Shown piece by piece: positions 7,011-15,960 of a stretch of 64,000 bases of DNA. The notes under the pieces were generated by a model. That model did not search any database. It was not told the origin of the DNA and worked only from the letters and a program-made list of their open reading frames with translations. The position numbers and the translations under genes are program-made. Position 1 is the first letter of the stretch; every line of letters starts with the position of its first letter. The DNA is from an uncultured Acidobacteriota bacterium (lineage in GTDB: Bacteria; Acidobacteriota; Thermoanaerobaculia; Multivoradales; SZUA-115), in assembly GCA_963805975.1 (NCBI GenBank), contig CAWDVR010000006.1, positions 1 through 64,000 on the forward strand, given 5' to 3'.

Positions 7011-8202
7011 CGCGATCTCCTTCCGGCAGCCGGTCGCTGATCGGCCCGGCGAAGGCAAAAGAACTCTGGCATCGCTCCACGAAACGCGCCAGCATGCCAT
7101 AGAGGGCCGGCAGCCGGTCGCGCGGCACTCCAAGCCAGAGGGCGAGCTTGCGCTGCGAGGGCAGGGGCCCGTCACTGCCGACGGTCGCGTAGGCGCGCAG
7201 GAAGCCCCACAAGCTCTCGAGATAACGGCGCGTAGCGCCTTCTTCCTTGAGGCCGCCGATGCGTCCACCCACGCAGTTGACCAGGGCACGGAAGGCGTCC
7301 CGTTCTTCGAGCTTACGGCCGGGCTCGATCTGCTGCACCAGGTCGCCGAGACTCAACCCCTCCTGCTCTCCCGAGGCCTCTCCACCGTCGGTCTCGAACA
7401 GGGCCGCCCAGCGCGCGCGGACGTCGCTCTTGAACGGGTCGAGCAGATCCTTGACCTTGAGCGCGGCCAGGTCCAGCTCCCGCAACTGCGACAGGAGGCC
7501 GCGCAACTTCGTGGCCACACCGAGGCGGGCCCGCCCCTGCGCGGTGAGAAGGTCGGGGAGCAGCTCGTCACCCCAGCGGCGCACGACTTGGGCGAGCTCC
7601 ACCCCGGCTCCCGTCGGCGCACGCGGGCCGGAGGTGAACGCGAGCACGGTGTCGTTGCGGATCCGAGGATCGCCTTCGACGATCCTCATCTCTCCCTCTT
7701 CCACCGCGTCGCGCAGAGCATTGCGCAGCGCCTCGTAGACCCGGAACCCGACCGGGTCGTGCTCCTTCTGGCGCTCGTGCAGGAAGTGGCGGACATTGAG
7801 ATGCACGATGCCGTCCACGTTCGGCTTGACCAGGAGCTGGGCCCGGAGGCTCTCCAGGCGCTCGAGGAAGACGAAAGCGTAGCAGTCGAGCACCAATTCC
7901 TCGAGCGCGCGGTCCGGCTGCCAGGGCGTTCCCTTGGCGCTCCAGCTCACGGCCCCCAGGACGCCCACGTAAGTCGGCGGCGCTTCCCACAGCCCTCGCC
8001 GCTTGAGCTCCGCGACCAGCGCGGTCCGCAGCTCGCGGCGGATCTGCTCGAAAGCCTGGGGCGTCGGCGGCTCTCCCCGCGCATCGAGGCCCCGCAGGTA
8101 GTCGGTGAACGGATGGCGTTCCTCGCCCGGCGCCCCGGCCGGCCCACCGCGCCGCCACCAGCGCGGCCGAGGCCAGTCGGCGGCGAATGTTCGAACACTC
8201 AC
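7003..8202 (-). CDS. Hypothetical 399-aa protein, possible divergent sigma-factor-like regulator
   Basis: Long ORF with natural composition. C-terminal HTH-like LPSQRKLALWLGVPRDRLPALYGML. Region-2-like ALEELVLDCYAFVF...VRHFLHERQK. Function is inference. Confidence 0.7.
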   Translation of the reverse strand: MSVRTFAADWPRPRWWRRGGPAGAPGEERHPFTDYLRGLDARGEPPTPQAFEQIRRELRTALVAELKRRGLWEAPPTYVGVLGAVSWSAKGTPWQPDRALEELVLDCYAFVFLERLESLRAQLLVKPNVDGIVHLNVRHFLHERQKEHDPVGFRVYEALRNALRDAVEEGEMRIVEGDPRIRNDTVLAFTSGPRAPTGAGVELAQVVRRWGDELLPDLLTAQGRARLGVATKLRGLLSQLRELDLAALKVKDLLDPFKSDVRARWAALFETDGGEASGEQEGLSLGDLVQQIEPGRKLEERDAFRALVNCVGGRIGGLKEEGATRRYLESLWGFLRAYATVGSDGPLPSQRKLALWLGVPRDRLPALYGMLARFVERCQSSFAFAGPISDRLPEGDRDE

Positions 8203-8424
8203 AGAGGTCGGTTCCTCGCTTCGGCTACCTTGGTTGCGCCCATTCCATTACAAAGCTTCAGTCCTCGCGAGATCACTCCTTCGTCACGCCGCCAATCGAC
8301 CCATCTCCGCCGTTAGCCAAGGACAGAGGCAGGGTAAGGGCTGATCACCCGCTTCGATTAGCCGTTACCCACTAACAGAGGCTAGCAAAAGCTCTCGCAG
8401 GCAGTAGTGAGAGCGCTCAGATAC

Positions 8425-8454
8425 AAAAAAGCGAGGGCTTCCCAGAGCCCTCGT
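8425..8454 (-). terminator. Rho-independent terminator
   Basis: Minus strand ACGAGGGCT-ctggga-AGCCCTCGC followed by TTTTTT. Confidence 0.8.
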
Positions 8455-8561
8455 TTGAGGCACAAAAGTTCTAGCTTTAATGCGCTGAGCAGTTCCACAG
8501 CTATTCGATAGGCAGTCACCTCCCCTACCGTCCTAGACTTGCGCTCGCGCAAGTTGTCATG
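8425..8561 (-). ncRNA. Candidate ~135-nt small RNA
   Basis: Promoter-like TTGCCT-N17-TATAGA with extended TG (8595-8567), hairpin CTTGCGC/GCGCAAG, GGGAGGTGA motif, intrinsic terminator; only an 11-codon ORF lies wholly inside. Confidence 0.5.
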
Positions 8562-8646
8562 GCGCTTCTATATCATAGGTCTGCTCTTGAGGCAAACTCC
8601 ACTGTGAAGGTGTAGAGATTACTCGACGGTTCCAACATGGTCTTGG

Positions 8647-8775
8647 TCATTCCGACAATGTATGAAGAATATGCCGAACCAGCTCCAGAAGGATACGCAC
8701 CACGAAGTTTGTCAGCAAGGCCTTCTGGAGCGGCCCGGATTCTTGGCCTTTTCTCGGCTTCCGAGAGCGGGACAC
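8647..8775 (-). CDS. Small 42-aa peptide (not in ORF track)
   Basis: GAAAGGAG-aaaccc-GTG; MSRSRKPRKGQESGPLQKALLTNFVVRILLELVRHILHTLSE*. Confidence 0.5.
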   Translation of the reverse strand: MSRSRKPRKGQESGPLQKALLTNFVVRILLELVRHILHTLSE

Positions 8776-9037
8776 GGGTTTCTCCTTTCCAGCACACTAG
8801 ATCCATAGCGCGATCCCATCTCTGGAGTCGCGGCACCGCGGAGTCTCCGGAGGAGAACTCCTGATCGGGGCAATCCGATCCCCTCAGCAGAGCGAACCGG
8901 AGACGTATTAGCGTCTGCCGACACCCTCCAAGGAGCTCAGGCGCTAAAGGCACCTGAGGCTGCACCGCATCGAATTGTCTATTGCTGAGCTGGTATGAGG
9001 CCGTGGTAGGACTGCTCAGTAGTGAACTGACGACAGA

Positions 9038-9084
9038 AACCCTTCATGCCTCAGAAGAAAACAACCCTTCATGCCGCAGAAGAA
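9038..9084. repeat. 22-bp direct repeat, 25-bp period
   Basis: AACCCTTCATGCCTCAGAAGAA / AACCCTTCATGCCGCAGAAGAA. Confidence 0.85.
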
Positions 9085-9129
9085 CCTTGCCCATGATTCC
9101 GAGGCGTGAGGTAACCAATGACAAGCTTA

Positions 9130-9158
9130 TTCATAGCTCAGACGGATTTCGATGTCAA
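9130..9158 (-). promoter_or_regulatory. Sigma70-like promoter
   Basis: TTGACA-N17-TATGAA on the minus strand. Confidence 0.45.
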
Positions 9159-9529
9159 GGTGGCCCCGCGGGATGGGGGGCATAATTTCAGCATCCTCGT
9201 GGCTACAGTGGACGCCTGTAGCCGGTCCCGCCCCAACCCCATGTCTGATCCCTAGCTCATGGGTAGTCCTTGCACCGACCTTAGTGGCCTTGACATCGCA
9301 TGCTGAGTGCATGCCGAGCGGAACCGAAGTCCGCTCAAGAGGTCACAGATTCGATAGGGCTTACAGGGATCCTCGTCCGACCTTGTTCTCATGTGCGAGA
9401 ACGTTCCGGTTTCCGAGTCCTCCCGCGCCTTGCATCTCGACCGCTCGCGACGGTTTTGTAGGCGCTCTAAGCCGAGATCCGTATCTCGAGTCTCGACAGG
9501 TGTCTCTTGCATAGGTATCATTGCCACAT

Positions 9530-9877
9530 ATGACGAGTCCCGCGGACGACCTCCGCCAGATGCAGAAGGGCAGCGCCGAGATGCTGGTGCTCGCCCTGCT
9601 GGAAGAGCGCGAGCGCCACGGCTACGAGGTTGCGACCCTGATCGGCGAGCGCTCCCAGGGCGTGATCCAGATCCACACCGCCTCGCTCTACCCGCTGCTC
9701 TACCGGCTGGAGCACCGGGGCCTGGTGGAGGGTCGTTGGGTCGAGAAGGCGGGTGAGCGCCGCCGCCGCTTCTATCGGCTGACCGCGGAAGGGCGCCAGG
9801 TGCTCGCCGCGCAGCGGCGGAGCTGGCGGGAGCTGTTCCACGCCCTCGACCTGGTGGCCCAGATTCGTCATGCGTAA
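9530..9877 (+). CDS. PadR-family transcriptional regulator (Acidobacterial type)
   Basis: KGSAEMLVLALLEERERHGYEVA...ASLYPLLYRLE...RRRRFYRLT. Confidence 0.95.
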   Translation: MTSPADDLRQMQKGSAEMLVLALLEERERHGYEVATLIGERSQGVIQIHTASLYPLLYRLEHRGLVEGRWVEKAGERRRRFYRLTAEGRQVLAAQRRSWRELFHALDLVAQIRHA

Positions 9878-9885
9878 GAGTCGTC

Positions 9886-12612
9886 ATGCCTGAGCCGCAG
9901 GCTCCGGACTGGGCGCGCGTGGTGCGCGAGCGGCTGCCGCCCCTGGGCCTGCGGCCCGAGCGCGAGGCCGAGATCGCCGAAGAGCTGGCGCTGCAGCTCG
10001 ACCAGATCTGGCGCGCGGCGCTCGCCCGCGGAACGTCCGCCGCCGAGGCGCTGGCCTCGGCCGAGGCCGAGGTCGGCGACTGGCAGGGCATGGCCCAGGA
10101 GATCCGCCGGGCCGAGCGGCCGCTCGCCTCCCGCCTGCCGGGAGTCGCTCTCTATCCCGATCCCCCGGCGCTCGGCGCCTCCCGAGGAGAACTGATGGCC
10201 GATCTGTGGCAGGACCTGCGCTACGCGGTGCGCATGCTGGCGAGGAACCGCGGGCTCACGGCGGTGATCGTCCTCACCCTGGCGCTGGGGATCGGCGCCA
10301 CCACGACCATCTTCTCGGTGGTCAACGGCCTGCTGCTCGCGCCGCTGCCGTTCCGCGACGCCGAGCGCCTGGTGGTGGTGACCGAGATCGCGCCGGAGGG
10401 CGGGCGGATGTCCGTCGCCTGGCCCAACTTCTCGGACTGGCAGGAGCGCACCCGCTCCTTCGAAGCCATGTCCGCCTACCGCACCGCGCGCTTCAACCTG
10501 ACCGGCGGCGAGAAGGCGGAACGCCTAGAGGGCCGGCGGGTGACCGGCAATTTCTTCGACATGCTGGGCGAGACGCCACAGGTAGGCCGCCTGCTGGCGC
10601 CCGCCGACGACGTGGCCGGTGCGCCGGACGTGGCGGTGCTGAGCGACCCGCTCTGGCGCCGCCGCTTCGGCGGCGACCCGAGTGCGCTCGGCCGCAGCCT
10701 GATGCTCGACGGCCGCCCGTTCACCATCGTCGGCGTGCTGCCCCCCGGCTTCCAGTACAACCGCCCGGCGGACGTCTACGTGCCGCTCGTGCCCGCGATC
10801 GGGGACGGGGACCGCGACCGCGGCAACCACATGGGGCTCTACGCGCTGGCCCACCTCGCGCCCGGCGTCGGTCTCGAGCAGGCGAACGAGGAGATGGACG
10901 TGCTCGCCGCGGCCCTCGCCCAGGAGTACCCGGCGACCAACAGCGGCAACGGCGCCCAGGTCCACGGCCTGCGCGAGATCATGGTCGAGAGCATCCGCAC
11001 CGCCCTCGTGGTGCTGATGGTGGCGGTCGGCTGTGTGCTGCTGATCGGTTGCGTGAACCTCGCCAACCTGCTGCTGGCGCGCGGCGCGGCGCGGGCGAGC
11101 GAGGTCGCGGTGCGGCTGGCGCTCGGCGCCAGCCGGCGACGGATCGCCCGCCAGTTGCTCACCGAGAGCCTGCTTTTGTCCGTGGTCGGCGGCCTCGCCG
11201 GGATCTGGCTCGCCGTCGAGGCGCTGCCGCTGCTCCTCACCTGGCTGCCGCGCAACGTGCCGCGGCTCGACACCGTGGCGATGGACGGCCGGGTGCTGCT
11301 CTTCGCCACCCTGGTGTCGGTAGGGACGGGTTTTCTCTTCGGCCTGATGCCGGCGCTCCAGGCGTCGCGCGCCGGTCTCGCCGGCACGGCGCGGATGACC
11401 GGGCGCTTCACCTCCGGCGCCGGCAGCTCGCGGAGCCTGCCGCGCCGGCTGATGCTGGTGGCGGAGATCGGCCTCGCCATCGTGCTGCTGACCACGGCCG
11501 GCCTGATGATGCGCACGGTGATGCGACTGGTGCGGGTCGACCCCGGCATCGGCATGGAGCGGCTGTTGACCCTCTCGCTGCAGCTCTCGGGCGAGCGCTA
11601 CGAGGGCGAGGCCCGGCAGGTCGCCTTCCGCGAGATCCTCGAGCGCGTCGGCGCGTTGCCGGGCGTCGAGTCCACGGCCCTCACCTTGTCGCTGCCCTTG
11701 GACGGCTCGAACTGGGGCTCGATCTTCATCCTCGCGGATCACCCCGTGCCGGCGCGCGCCGACCTGCCGAGCGCCGCCTTCACGCCCATCTCCAACGAGT
11801 TTTTCCGCACCCTGGGGATCCGGCAGCTCCAGGGCCGCGCCTTCGATTCGACGGACCGCCCCGGCTCACCGCACGTGGTGGTGATCAACGAGACCATGGC
11901 GAAGCGCTTCTGGCCGGGGCAGGACCCGATCGGCAAGCGCATCAAGCAGGGCTGGCCCGAGTCCGAGACGCCGTGGCGCGAGGTGGTCGGCGTGGTGGCG
12001 GACGTGAAGCTCGAGGGCGTCGACGCCGAGACCCCGCTCCAGGCCTACCTGCCGCTGGCCCACGAGCCGATGACCAGCCTCTTCCTCGTGGTGCGCACCG
12101 CGGGCGAGCCGGCGCCGACGCTGCGGATGGTGGAGCAGGCGATGCGCGAGATCGACCCCGACGTGCCGCTCTACGGCGTGCGCACCATGCAGGAGGTGTT
12201 CTCGGAGTCGATCGCCACGCGCCGCTTCCCGACGCTCTTCCTCACCCAGTTCTCGCTCGCCGCGCTGGTGCTGGCGGCGCTCGGCATCTTCGGTTTGATG
12301 TCATACGCGGTGGCGCAGCGCACGCACGAGGTGGGCGTGCGCATGGCGCTCGGTGCGAGCGGCAGCAACGTGCTGCGCGAGGTGCTCGGCGAAGGCATGC
12401 GCGTGGTCGCCGCCGGCGTGGCAGTGGGAGTCGTCGGCTCGCTCGCGGTGACGCGCTTCCTGCGCTCGCTGCTCTTCGAGGTGGCGCCCACCGACCCGGT
12501 GAGCTTCGCCGCGGCCGTGCTGCTGCTGACCGCCGTCGCCCTGGCCGCGGCCTACCTCCCGGCCCGCCGCGCGGCGCGGGTGGACCCGATGGTGGCGCTC
12601 CGGGCGGAGTGA
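9886..12612 (+). CDS. ADOP-type duplicated MacB/FtsX ABC permease
   Basis: QDLRYAVRML...LALGIGATTTIFSVV; NLANLLLARG...EVAVRLALGA; C-term RTHEVGVRMALGA...PARRAARVDPMVALRAE. Confidence 0.95.
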   Translation: MPEPQAPDWARVVRERLPPLGLRPEREAEIAEELALQLDQIWRAALARGTSAAEALASAEAEVGDWQGMAQEIRRAERPLASRLPGVALYPDPPALGASRGELMADLWQDLRYAVRMLARNRGLTAVIVLTLALGIGATTTIFSVVNGLLLAPLPFRDAERLVVVTEIAPEGGRMSVAWPNFSDWQERTRSFEAMSAYRTARFNLTGGEKAERLEGRRVTGNFFDMLGETPQVGRLLAPADDVAGAPDVAVLSDPLWRRRFGGDPSALGRSLMLDGRPFTIVGVLPPGFQYNRPADVYVPLVPAIGDGDRDRGNHMGLYALAHLAPGVGLEQANEEMDVLAAALAQEYPATNSGNGAQVHGLREIMVESIRTALVVLMVAVGCVLLIGCVNLANLLLARGAARASEVAVRLALGASRRRIARQLLTESLLLSVVGGLAGIWLAVEALPLLLTWLPRNVPRLDTVAMDGRVLLFATLVSVGTGFLFGLMPALQASRAGLAGTARMTGRFTSGAGSSRSLPRRLMLVAEIGLAIVLLTTAGLMMRTVMRLVRVDPGIGMERLLTLSLQLSGERYEGEARQVAFREILERVGALPGVESTALTLSLPLDGSNWGSIFILADHPVPARADLPSAAFTPISNEFFRTLGIRQLQGRAFDSTDRPGSPHVVVINETMAKRFWPGQDPIGKRIKQGWPESETPWREVVGVVADVKLEGVDAETPLQAYLPLAHEPMTSLFLVVRTAGEPAPTLRMVEQAMREIDPDVPLYGVRTMQEVFSESIATRRFPTLFLTQFSLAALVLAALGIFGLMSYAVAQRTHEVGVRMALGASGSNVLREVLGEGMRVVAAGVAVGVVGSLAVTRFLRSLLFEVAPTDPVSFAAAVLLLTAVALAAAYLPARRAARVDPMVALRAE

Positions 12613-12742
12613 GGGGCGGCGAGGGCTGGAGCGGCCGAGCGCTGTCCCAGCCTCGGGAAACCACCGCTCCTCGCCCGCTCTCCGGTTCCCATGCGCGGCA
12701 CGCGCAATCTCGTAAGTCTCTGTCAGCTCTCGTTTTTCATTC

Positions 12743-12758
12743 CGGCATCGAGCTTGCC
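12743..12758 (+). promoter_or_regulatory. Putative sigma54 -24/-12 promoter
   Basis: CGGCATCGAGCTTGCC = GG-N10-GC, ~130 nt upstream of the SBBP gene. Confidence 0.45.
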
Positions 12759-12887
12759 CTTCTGAGCCGGGGAAGCCCTGACATCGACCAGGCCGTGTGG
12801 CCCGGCAGGGTGGACGGTGAGGCGCCTCTGTGGCCGTCGTGCACAGGTGGACTCGCCTCGAACCTTCCCTTCCCGGAGGAGCAAGCT

Positions 12888-14943
12888 ATGACTTGGATCA
12901 CCCGCAAGCTCGCAACCCCTGCCCTGGCCGTCTGTACGGCGGCCCTGGCGGCCCTTTCCATCTGGGGCGTGGCCGCTGCCGGCAACCCGGACGCGCCGAC
13001 GGCGCCGCAGCCCGCACCGGCGATCGCGTCCTCGGTCCGCGCTCTCTACTTCGAGCCCAACCTGGGACAGACCGACGGCCGCGTTCGCTACCTGGGGCGC
13101 GGCGCCGGCTTCACCCTGTTCTTCACGCCGCAGGAAGTGGTTCTGGCACTGCTACGAGGAGCGCGCCGGCGAGACCTCGATGCCGGGCGTCTCCCTCCCG
13201 GCCGCCGAGCCTGCCGCACAGCGTGGCCACGTGCTGCGCATGAAAGCGCGAGGCGCCAGCGCCACGGCGCGGCTCGAGTCCCGTCGCGACCTCGGGAGCA
13301 CCAGCAGCTACCTGCGCCTGGACGGCAGGCCCTCGACCGCCGCCGTGCCGCACTTCGCCGAGGTGCGCTACACGGGCCTCTACCCCGGCATCGACCAGGT
13401 GTTCTATGGCAAGGGCGGCGTCCTCGAATACGACTTCGTGATCGCACCCGGCGCCGATCCGAGCGCGATCGAGCTCGCGGTCCAGGGTGCCGAGAGCCTG
13501 GCGGTCGATGGCGCCGGCAATCTGGTGCTCGCGACCTCGGTGGGCAACGTGGTGCAGCCACCACCCGTGATCTACCAGGAGATCGACGGCGAGCGCCGCA
13601 CGGTGGCCGGCGGCTACCGTCTGACCGCCGAGGCGGGGGTCGCCTTCACGGTGGCGGGCTACGACCGCTCGCGCGAGCTGGTGATCGACCCGCAGATCCT
13701 CTTCCGCGCCTGCATCGGCGGCTCGAGCGCGGACTGGGCACGGGCGATCGCGGTCACGCCCAACGGCCAGGCCTACATCGCCGGCGAGACTACCTCGACC
13801 GACTTCCCGACCCATGCCGGCGCTGTGCAGCGCTACGACCTCGACGGCACGAGCACGGACGGCTTCGTGGCCAAGCTCAACCTGGCGGGCACCGCCTTCA
13901 TCCACGCCACCTATATCGGAGGCGCCGGCTACCAGCAGGTGACCGCGATCGGGCTCGACGCCTCGCACAGCGTCTACGCCGGCGGCATCACCTACCAGGG
14001 CAACTCCTACGACGCCTTCCTGCTCAAGCTGGACTCGACCCTCGGCACTCTCCTCTGGTCGAAGACCTTCGGCGGCGGCAACGTGGACGATGTCCTGGAC
14101 CTGGCGGTCAACGGCGCCGGCGACGCCTTCGTCACCGGCGTGACCTACTCGCCCGAGTTCTGCGGCGCCGGCATCGTCCACGCCTGCGGCATCGACTCGC
14201 AGTTCGCGGGCTCGGCCGAGGCGTTCGTCCTCAAGTTCAACCGCCACGGCGCCCTGCGCTACGCGACCTACCTCGGCGGCACGGACGACGAGATCGGCCA
14301 GGCGATCGCCATCGACGGGGCGGATCGCGCCTACGTGGCGGTGTTCCGCTTCGGCGGCAACCCCTACGTCACCCGCATCGACGCGGCGGGCACCCGCCTG
14401 GAGTACACGCGGGTGCTCCCGGGTGCCGGGCTCCCCAACGACATCGCGGTCGACGGCCTCGACCAGGCGCACGTTACGGGCCTCACGGAGGACCGCAACT
14501 TCTACACCACGCTCGGCGCCTATCAGCGGAGCCTCCTCGGCCCGTTCGACGGCTTTGTGACCGCGCTCAGAGCCGACGGCACGTGCTGCGTCTACTCGAC
14601 ATTCCTCGGCAATGCGAGCGCCGAGTCGATGGAGGGCATCGCCGTGGACTTCCGGCGCCAGCCCCACGTGGTCGGCACGAGGTGGCCCTACGCCGACGTG
14701 GGCGACTACCGGACGACCGACGTCGTGGTCGCCCGCCTCAACGCGTCGGGGACGCAGCTCATCTCGCAGCAGGTCCTCGGCGGCTCCGCCTCCGAAAGTG
14801 GCTGGGCCATCGCCCTCGACTACAACCCCGCGACCTTCGTCGCCGGCATCACCTCTTCGGCGGACTTCGCGCCGGGAGCCCCGGGCTGCACGGCCAACGA
14901 CACTGGCAACGACCAGGCGTTCGTGGTGAAGCTCGCGATGTAG
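12888..14943 (+). CDS. Secreted SBBP (beta-propeller repeat) protein; frameshift near 13150-13180
   Basis: Signal peptide, then LYFEPNLGQTDGRVRYLGRG; YPGIDQVFYG..LEYDFVIAPGADP; repeated YIAGETTSTDFP / DAFVLK / ATYLGG motifs. Confidence 0.88.
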
Positions 14944-15089
14944 GTCCAGAGGAAGGGGCGTGGGTGGGGGTCTTGACCCACCCGCTGCCGGTGGGGCAGA
15001 GTACGGGGCGCGGCGGTGGTCCACGCCCAACCTCATCGGCCCTCCCCCAGCGAGGGCGCTCCGGAGGCAAAGGGGGGAATACTCCCGGA

Positions 15090-15174
15090 TCGGCAGTCAC
15101 GAAGCCTTCGCATCGCCGCGAAGGCCGAGCCGCTGGGGGGCTTCGGCCGGCGGCGTGTACGAAGGAGACTCGTG
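15090..15174 (+). promoter_or_regulatory. Structured 5' leader with alternative pairings
   Basis: GCCTTCGC/GCGAAGGC stem (15104-15125); CGAAGCC/GGCTTCG; CCTTCG is also complementary to CGAAGG at the RBS (15160-15165). Confidence 0.45.
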
Positions 15175-15894
15175 ATGCCGAAGAACAAAGACCTCAAGCA
15201 CCTCACCCGCTCCCGGATGTCGAAGACGGGAGAGTCCTATACCACCGCCCGCTCCGTGCTCCTCGCCAAGAAGGAGCGGCCCACCAAGCAGCAGCTCAGC
15301 GCCCCGCCACCGCCCCCGGAACCAGCCCCGGCCGGGAAGCCGGACTATGCCGCCCTCGCCGGCATGAGCGACGCGACGATCGCCGCCAAGACCGGCTGCA
15401 CCTGGGAGAAATGGGTCCGCTCCCTCGACGCTCACGACATGGCGTCGAAGCCGCACAAAGAGATCGCCGAGTTCGTCCACGAGAAGTACAAGGTTCCCGG
15501 CTGGTGGGCGCAGGGCGTCACCGTGGGCTACGAGCGCATCAAGGGCCTCCGTGCCATCGGCCAGCGCCGCGGCGGGAGCTTCGAGGCAAGCAAGAGCAAG
15601 ACCGTGCACGTACCGGTTGCGACGCTCTATCGCGCCTTCCGCGATCGCCGCGTCCGCGATCGCTGGCTGCCGGACGTGGAGCTCACCGTGCGCAAGGCGA
15701 CACCCGAGCGCTCGATGCGCATCACCTGGCCGGACGGCACCTCGGTCGAGCTCTGGTTCGAGCCCAAGGGTGAGGAGAAGAGCGTCGTCGCGCTGCAACA
15801 CAAGGCCTTTGCCACCAAGGCGGAGGCGGAGGAGAGGAAAGCCTACTGGGCCGAGCGTTTCGCGGCGCTGGGCCAGCTCCTGGCCACCGAGTAG
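15175..15894 (+). CDS. DUF4287-like + SRPBCC-like protein with basic KTGESY N-terminus
   Basis: MPKNKDLKHLTRSRMSKTGESYTTAR; SDATIAAKTGCTWEKW...HKEIA...GWWAQGVTVGYE; RBS GAAGGAG. Confidence 0.75.
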   Translation: MPKNKDLKHLTRSRMSKTGESYTTARSVLLAKKERPTKQQLSAPPPPPEPAPAGKPDYAALAGMSDATIAAKTGCTWEKWVRSLDAHDMASKPHKEIAEFVHEKYKVPGWWAQGVTVGYERIKGLRAIGQRRGGSFEASKSKTVHVPVATLYRAFRDRRVRDRWLPDVELTVRKATPERSMRITWPDGTSVELWFEPKGEEKSVVALQHKAFATKAEAEERKAYWAERFAALGQLLATE

Positions 15895-15960
15895 TCGGTT
15901 CGTCTGGCACTTCCCGCGTGAGAAGAGCGCGGGAGGTGCCAGCCTCGCATCTCCATCCGT

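Noticed and set aside
8573-8965. 130-aa ORF from the track
   Set aside because: No clear RBS or motif; the nested 42-aa frame has the strong RBS, and the ORF ends inside a promoter-like sequence.
9038-9084. Direct repeats as a mini-CRISPR
   Set aside because: Only two copies with a 3-nt gap; no spacers and no cas genes.
10206-15773. 1855-aa ORF
   Set aside because: Arg/Pro/Gly-rich off-frame shadow of the permease and SBBP genes; only 12888-13160 is real coding (SBBP N-terminus).
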